Assembly: GCA_001600695.1 (NCBI GenBank)
Contig: BCKQ01000020.1
Coordinates: 1-12,036 of the forward strand
Direction of reading: 5' to 3'
DNA from: Ascoidea asiatica JCM 7603
Lineage: Eukaryota; Fungi; Ascomycota
DNA: 12,036 nt
The position numbers and the translations under genes were made by a program. Of this stretch, positions 8,201-12,036 are shown piece after piece. A model generated the notes under the pieces. That model saw only the letters and a list, made by a program, of their open reading frames with translations, was not told where the DNA came from and did no database searches. Each line of letters starts with the position of its first letter. The first letter of the stretch is position 1.

Positions 8201-9838
8201 ATTATTATTAGAATGATTTGAGTGATTTGAGTGATTTGAAGTTTTTCTTTCTTTTTCTTTTTCTCTTTCTCTTTCTCTTTCTCTTTCTCTATTTGAATTA
8301 GAAGTTGTATTAGAATTAGAATTAGAATTAGAGTTAGTGTTTGAATTTGAAGTTGGATAATCATCATTATCAGGATGTTCAGATCTATGTTTAATTAAAA
8401 GATGATAAAATAATTTTTCATTATTTTGATCATTTGAATTTAATTTTTTAATAATATTAAATTCCGATTCACCATGCCATAAAACTTGTAAACCTTTTAA
8501 AATTTCTTTATCAATTTTATTTAAAGGTATTGAATCTTTTAATAAATTTTTTGGTATTGGAGTATTATTATTTAAATTATTATAATTATTATAATTTATA
8601 CCTTTTAATTTTTTATTTGGATATTTTTTTAATAATGGATGAATTAAAATTAAATCTATTGTTATTCTTTCATCAGGATTAACTTTTAACATTTTTGAAA
8701 TTAAATCTTTTGATTCAATTGATAAATAATTTGGTAAATTAAATTTACCATTTTGAACTTTAATTAATAATTTTCTTATATTTTGATCATCAAATGGTAA
8801 ATGACCAGTTAATAAAGCAAATAAAATTACACCACATGACCAAATATCAGAAGGAGCACCATGATAATTTTTACCAGTTACAATTTCTGGAGAAGCATAA
8901 TGTGGTGAACCACATGAAGTTGCTAATAATTTATCTCTAATTTCTAAAGCAGCCATTCCAAAATCTGCGATTTTTATATTATGATATTTATCTAATAATA
9001 AATTTTCTGGTTTTAAATCTCTATGACAAATATTAAAAGAATGACAATAATTTATACCATTAACAATTTGTTTAAAATAATGAACAGCTTCAAATTCATT
9101 TAATTTACCATTTTTTACAAGATAATCAAATAATTCACCACCTTCAATATATTCTAAAACTAAATATAATTCACCTTTATTTTCCCAAACATCATATAAA
9201 GACATAATATTTGGATGATTAATTAATTTCATAATTTGAATTTCTCTTTCAATACCATAATTTAAAGAAATATTTGATTTAGAAATAATTTTAACAGCAG
9301 CTAATTTATTATTTTTAAAATTTTTTGCTAATCTTACACGACCTGTTGAACCTGTACCTAAAGTTCTACCTAATTTCCATGGACCAACATAATTTTTAAT
9401 TTTTTTATTATTTGAAATTTTTGAATTTTTTAAATTTGAAATTTTATTTGAATCATTTATTGAATTATTTATTGAAGTTATTACATTATTTAAATTTTCT
9501 TTATTATTTATATTATTTTCTTTATTTTCTTTATTTTCTTTATTTTCTTTATTTTCTTTATTATTTATATTATTTTCATTATTGGCGCTATCAGATATTT
9601 TAATTGTATTGGCGGTATTTATAATTTTATTATTATTAATATTAATTAAATGATTTATATTTGAAGAATTTATACCATTATTTGAAAATAATTCAAAATT
9701 ATTATTATCTTTATTAATATTAGTATGTATATTTTGTATATTTTTTATATTACTTTCTTTTGTATTTGTATTTGTATTTGTATTTATATTTATATTTGTT
9801 ATATTATTAAGTATTTGTTTTTCATTAATTGAATTCAT
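5297..9838 (-). CDS. HSL1: Nim1-family septin-associated Ser/Thr kinase, Hsl1 type (1513 aa)
   Basis: Kinase domain at ~9391-8630: VGPWKLGRTLG.GSTGRVRLAKN, YGIEREI, VWENKGELYLVLEY, CHSFNICHRDLKPEN, DFG, SCGSPHYASPE, LLTGHLPF. These fit Hsl1 better than Gin4/Kcc4. A long low-complexity middle and a basic C-terminal KA1-like domain (after QSWFSK) follow. Confidence 0.9.
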   Translation of the reverse strand: MNSINEKQILNNITNININTNTNTNTKESNIKNIQNIHTNINKDNNNFELFSNNGINSSNINHLININNNKIINTANTIKISDSANNENNINNKENKENKENKENKENNINNKENLNNVITSINNSINDSNKISNLKNSKISNNKKIKNYVGPWKLGRTLGTGSTGRVRLAKNFKNNKLAAVKIISKSNISLNYGIEREIQIMKLINHPNIMSLYDVWENKGELYLVLEYIEGGELFDYLVKNGKLNEFEAVHYFKQIVNGINYCHSFNICHRDLKPENLLLDKYHNIKIADFGMAALEIRDKLLATSCGSPHYASPEIVTGKNYHGAPSDIWSCGVILFALLTGHLPFDDQNIRKLLIKVQNGKFNLPNYLSIESKDLISKMLKVNPDERITIDLILIHPLLKKYPNKKLKGINYNNYNNLNNNTPIPKNLLKDSIPLNKIDKEILKGLQVLWHGESEFNIIKKLNSNDQNNEKLFYHLLIKHRSEHPDNDDYPTSNSNTNSNSNSNSNTTSNSNREREREREREKEKERKTSNHSNHSNHSNNNQQSTIDQYSNLNNNNNNNNKNKKVIKQLNNSSITAQDLINQKKLSLTHSKSILTTTIINDNGKKNTIISTQSISKSKILSSSSSKKLAQIKKDYKRSGGKTSKPKSKTKDHDGKTAIPASSSYRRSVSFKSKDSNNRIKSSNSIHKKLQQQQQQPAIPPLPINISKKISNNINNSHIKRDSTNAFSVGSLQNYEDILPLVTSNSHNSIEIPNKKLKFNQSENLFKFDINTTTTTNNNNINNNKSSLPKNSKTSKHSKSSSINSNSSKRSSFRLSFSNKRNSRIIAAAAAASASNSNTTSNDQNILNKQALNLNQLPRIPLNGSEKIDNDSVITSKDFAALCEQAFGFSIDKSSLSKNNKVPTISELKKTAINLLKKKEEEILKKTEDDRKEKERIDAIKTAELMAKKLKKTEEEARLLKLQYENLLKQQEFSNRRTVSTPLPIDIKISNEIETNDKSSPISLDPKGNNKRSVSEYNQKINKVLSTVGVSPIKNHKINTINNKNNNNNNNNNFTEISDEKNYLDINFDSIKIPDSSNPTKQNNFNQNPKSANNNLETNNNNSSLDISSATIKNFITKNNFTRSAPETSTDLIIEEDDIYADAQESMIQSFNSHKRSTSSQKKGSNLKSLVCDSKTSRLSDLSKSTIIEQGSSTIIKSFKPSNNDKTVKTKSSKDKLVLKLVSVGHSRKSFSNPNSPIDKEAKITLNSETKNIIESSNISTLVPHREAPKIPVSPISNSFLPNIKSEILMKTMPKANINSKRMSMIGDSIMTKRPNASSPKIVPNTPISEINKDQDKKQRPQSFSPTSYISKTSSGTQPLASTKAIVKNLENVTSSSQPKQSWFSKVINNLVSSNNSTHDLKSIETTLNASKLMSVMRNSMNVKLQEGTISKIKFDNKTETITGVVPVAHSRSLKFKLQVKPLASKSKSEKQIKSIVTISKEKGSIKAFEKLITVVKKVIEIEEKKDSR
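8207..8345 (-). repeat. Cluster of coding microsatellites in HSL1: (NS/NT)n, (RE/KE)n, (NHS)3
   Basis: Adjacent 6-bp and 9-bp unit arrays encode SNSNTNSNSNSNSN, REREREREKEKE and SNHSNHSNHS. Confidence 0.9.
9494..9559 (-). repeat. 9-bp coding repeat (AAAGAAAAT)x5 plus one further copy, encoding KEN x6
   Basis: On the + strand, ATTTTCTTT occurs 5 times perfectly at 9515-9559 and once at 9494-9502, all in frame with HSL1. Confidence 0.95.
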
Positions 9839-10030
9839 TTTAAATATTATTGATTCAATTATTATTTGATTAATTATACATTAATTATTAATGATATATG
9901 ATATATGAGATATGATATTGATATTGATATAATTGATATATATTGATATATAATAAGAAATTGATAATGAATATATTAATATGATAGTAATATAATAAGA
10001 GTGTATAGTTAAGAGTAGAGAATGGAATAT

Positions 10031-10070
10031 AATATATAATATATAATAATATATAATAATATATAATAAT
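10031..10070. repeat. 10-bp tandem repeat (ATATAATAAT)x3 plus a partial copy
   Basis: Perfect copies at 10041-10070. Confidence 0.9.
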
Positions 10071-10209
10071 AGAAGGAAGCTTAATGAATGAGTTTAGAAA
10101 GAAGTAAATAAAGTAAATAAACAGTAAATAAACAAGAAAAGAAGAAGTGAAATAGTACTGAAGTGGTACTGAAGTAGTTCATCAGCCAGAGAGAAGTGGC
10201 AGCGGTGGC

Positions 10210-10213
<4 letters not shown>

Positions 10214-10244
<31 letters not shown>

Positions 10245-10300
10245 AACAGCAGAAGAAGAAGAAAGAAGGAAGAGTAGTGGTGGTAGTAGTAGTAGTAGTA
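10214..10300. repeat. Compound trinucleotide microsatellite: (CAG)9, (GAA)n, (TAG)n
   Basis: (CAG)9 at 10214-10240, followed by GAA and TAG runs. Confidence 0.9.
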
Positions 10301-10463
10301 CCAGCAGAGTGTGTGCTGAATCAGATTCTCTTCATTCTTCAGATCTGATCAGATTCATCTGCTTTCATTTCTCATTTGTAAACAAACTCAGATCAATATT
10401 TATTCAAATCAGGCACGCTGAAATAAGTCACATGCCCTCACGTGCACTGGATGCCTCATGCTA

Positions 10464-10500
10464 AATTATCAATAATTATCAATAATTATCAATAATTATC
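10464..10500. repeat. 10-bp tandem repeat (AATAATTATC)x3.7
   Basis: Perfect copies at 10471-10500 and a partial copy at 10464-10470. Confidence 0.9.
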
Positions 10501-10760
10501 ATATTCTATGTCAGTCCAATTTCATATACAATACTTTCACACTACTAACTTAACTAACTAAAACCAAGCCAAGCTCGTGATCTGCGTGCCTTGAAGTATA
10601 ATCCAGTACTTCAATGCTTCCACCCCTGATTTGACTCCTTTTTTTATTATTTTGTCTTTTTTGTCTTTTCGACCAGAACTCGAGTCATGATTTAATTGAA
10701 ATACGGATCACTCGGATATTCCATTTCCTTTACACGGATTCATTATCAACCTTTTAGAAA

Positions 10761-12036
10761 ATGAAACCCTTTTCAATGAATATAAACAATCTTGAATATT
10801 CATATGAAAATGAATACGATAAGATAAGAAGAAATAATAATATATGTCAATGATATAATAAGACAATAAGATAATAATGTAATGAGCAAATAAGAAAACA
10901 ATGGGATTGAATTCAAATAGAAGTTATTTCAGATAATGATTACGAAAATGAGATTTTAAATACTTTTCAAATTAATAATACTATAACTAATACTAATAAT
11001 ACTAATAATTCTAATAACAATCAATTGGAACTTCAAAATGAATTTATAACTGAATTAAATAATGATTATGAAAATTAATCACCTAATTATTTTGAAAATA
11101 AAGTTATAAATAAAGTTTCCTCTTTAGGTAAAATTGAATATGGTTTTAAAGATCATGAATCTTATTTTTCTGATAAAAATAAAAAACAACAAGAAGCTGA
11201 TGATGAATATATTAAATGGGAAGCTGCTAGAATTAATTCCAAAAAACAAGATTTGAATTTAGAGAATAAAAATGATAATGAAAAGATTAAGAATAAGAAA
11301 ATTATTAATACAATAGAAATTTATTCTAAAACTATTTTCAAAGAATGTATTAATTATGTCAATGGTCATACAAAACCTTCAATAAGTGAAATACATAAAC
11401 TTGTAATTTTACATGGTGGTAAATTTAAACATTTTTTTGCTGGAAAAACTGTAATCACTCATATATTTTGTTCGGAATTAACACATTCAAAACTTTCACA
11501 ATTTAAAAATCATAAAGTGATAAAACTTGAATGGATTATTGATTCTATAAAAAAAAAAATAAAAAATTAAATTGGAGAGATTATAGCATAACTGAAGAAA
11601 TGAATCGAGGTTATGGACAAGGAAAGTTGAATTATAAATTTTTAACACTAGATTTTTTAGTTAATATTTTAATAATAAATTCAATAGAAAATAAATCAAA
11701 TATTCCAAGTTTTAATAATATTATGTCAAATAATATTCCCAATCAATCAACTCCAAAATCAAGTAAACTTATAATATCTAATAATACACCCAATTCAACT
11801 AGTCTACTCAATTCTCCATATCCACCAAATCAGCCTTCTCATATTCAAAAGACAAAAGTATAAAATATGTCTATACAAAATGATAGTAATGATAAAAGTT
11901 TCATTACCGTTCTTCCAGAATCACATATCAAACAAAATGATATTCTACTCAAAGATAATTCCAAACCTATTGATTCAAAAAATCCAAAGTTTTTAGAAAT
12001 ATTTTTCGCTAAATCAAGACTTCATCATTTAAGTCA
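10761..12036 (+). pseudogene. REV1: Disrupted 5' portion of REV1 (Y-family deoxycytidyl transferase); runs off the window
   Basis: Collinear Rev1 motifs: GFKDHESYFSDKNKKQQEAD (pre-BRCT helix); BRCT IFKEC..YVNGHTKP....HKLVILHGGKF...ITHI...KV...WIIDSI (from 11334), whose end LNWRDYSI lies in another frame (11567-11590); and NPKFLEIFFAKSRLHHLS (to 12034). Disablements are TAA 11076, a frameshift at A11 11549-11559 and TAA 11861, plus stops at 10851, 10872, 10875 and 10908 if ATG 10761 was the start. The 5' boundary is uncertain. Confidence 0.85.
11867..12036 (+). CDS. REV1: Possible start of a BRCT-less Rev1 ORF (partial)
   Basis: AAAATATGTCT start context. The frame is open to the window end and encodes SRLHHLS. 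Integrity further downstream is not visible. Confidence 0.35.
   Translation, partial: MSIQNDSNDKSFITVLPESHIKQNDILLKDNSKPIDSKNPKFLEIFFAKSRLHHLS

Larger units (their letters stand above)
9839..10760. promoter_or_regulatory. Divergent HSL1 / REV1 intergenic region
   Basis: Head-to-head arrangement. Contains forkhead-like GTAAAYAA sites, two E-boxes, several short tandem repeats and CGG triplets. Confidence 0.65.

Noticed and set aside
7714-9603. ORFs 7714..7908, 8167..8367 and 9412..9603
   Set aside because: Alternative-frame or antisense read-outs of HSL1 repeats.
10162-10463. About 100-codon open + frame (poly-Ala/Glu/Ser)
   Set aside because: No ATG until near its end. Its openness is explained by trinucleotide repeats.
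10031-10500. CRISPR-like or LTR/transposon structure
   Set aside because: The repeats are short contiguous tandem units without spacers. No terminal repeats with target-site duplication or transposase/RT motifs were seen, and the context is eukaryotic.
10427-10680. Point centromere (CDEI-like GTCACATG)
   Set aside because: No long, uniformly AT-only CDEII and no CCGAA-containing CDEIII at a suitable distance.
11076-11863. Stop-codon reassignment explaining the REV1 TAAs
   Set aside because: Neighbouring genes terminate normally at TAA/TAG with no internal stops, and a frameshift is also present.
11253-11863. ORFs 11253..11570 and 11600..11863 as separate genes
   Set aside because: They are collinear fragments of REV1.
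10850-11870. Introns removing the REV1 lesions
   Set aside because: No convincing 5' splice site, TACTAAC and YAG set was found around the stops, and the frameshift lies inside the conserved BRCT end.

Overview
Very AT-rich eukaryotic DNA with intron-free genes and Asn-rich low-complexity proteins, consistent with a budding yeast (Saccharomycotina); the species cannot be fixed from this window. Gene order: (1) 3' part of a C2H2 zinc-finger gene, whose frame is open from base 1 to 966, longer than the ORF track shows; (2) a PMU1-like histidine phosphatase with an N-terminal membrane anchor (minus strand); (3) HGH1 (plus strand); (4) an HSL1-type Nim1-family kinase (minus strand); (5) the 5' part of REV1, broken by several in-frame stops and a homopolymer frameshift in or around the BRCT region, but with a well-placed ATG just upstream of the catalytic N-digit motif. 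The best leads are the decayed REV1 5' end (pseudogene versus BRCT-less Rev1), a tandem KEN array in Hsl1, helically phased A-tracts in the PMU1/HGH1 promoter, and a motif-dense HSL1/REV1 intergenic region with a possible short intron. No tRNA, rRNA, CRISPR or transposon could be supported. All family comparisons are from memory; no searches were run.
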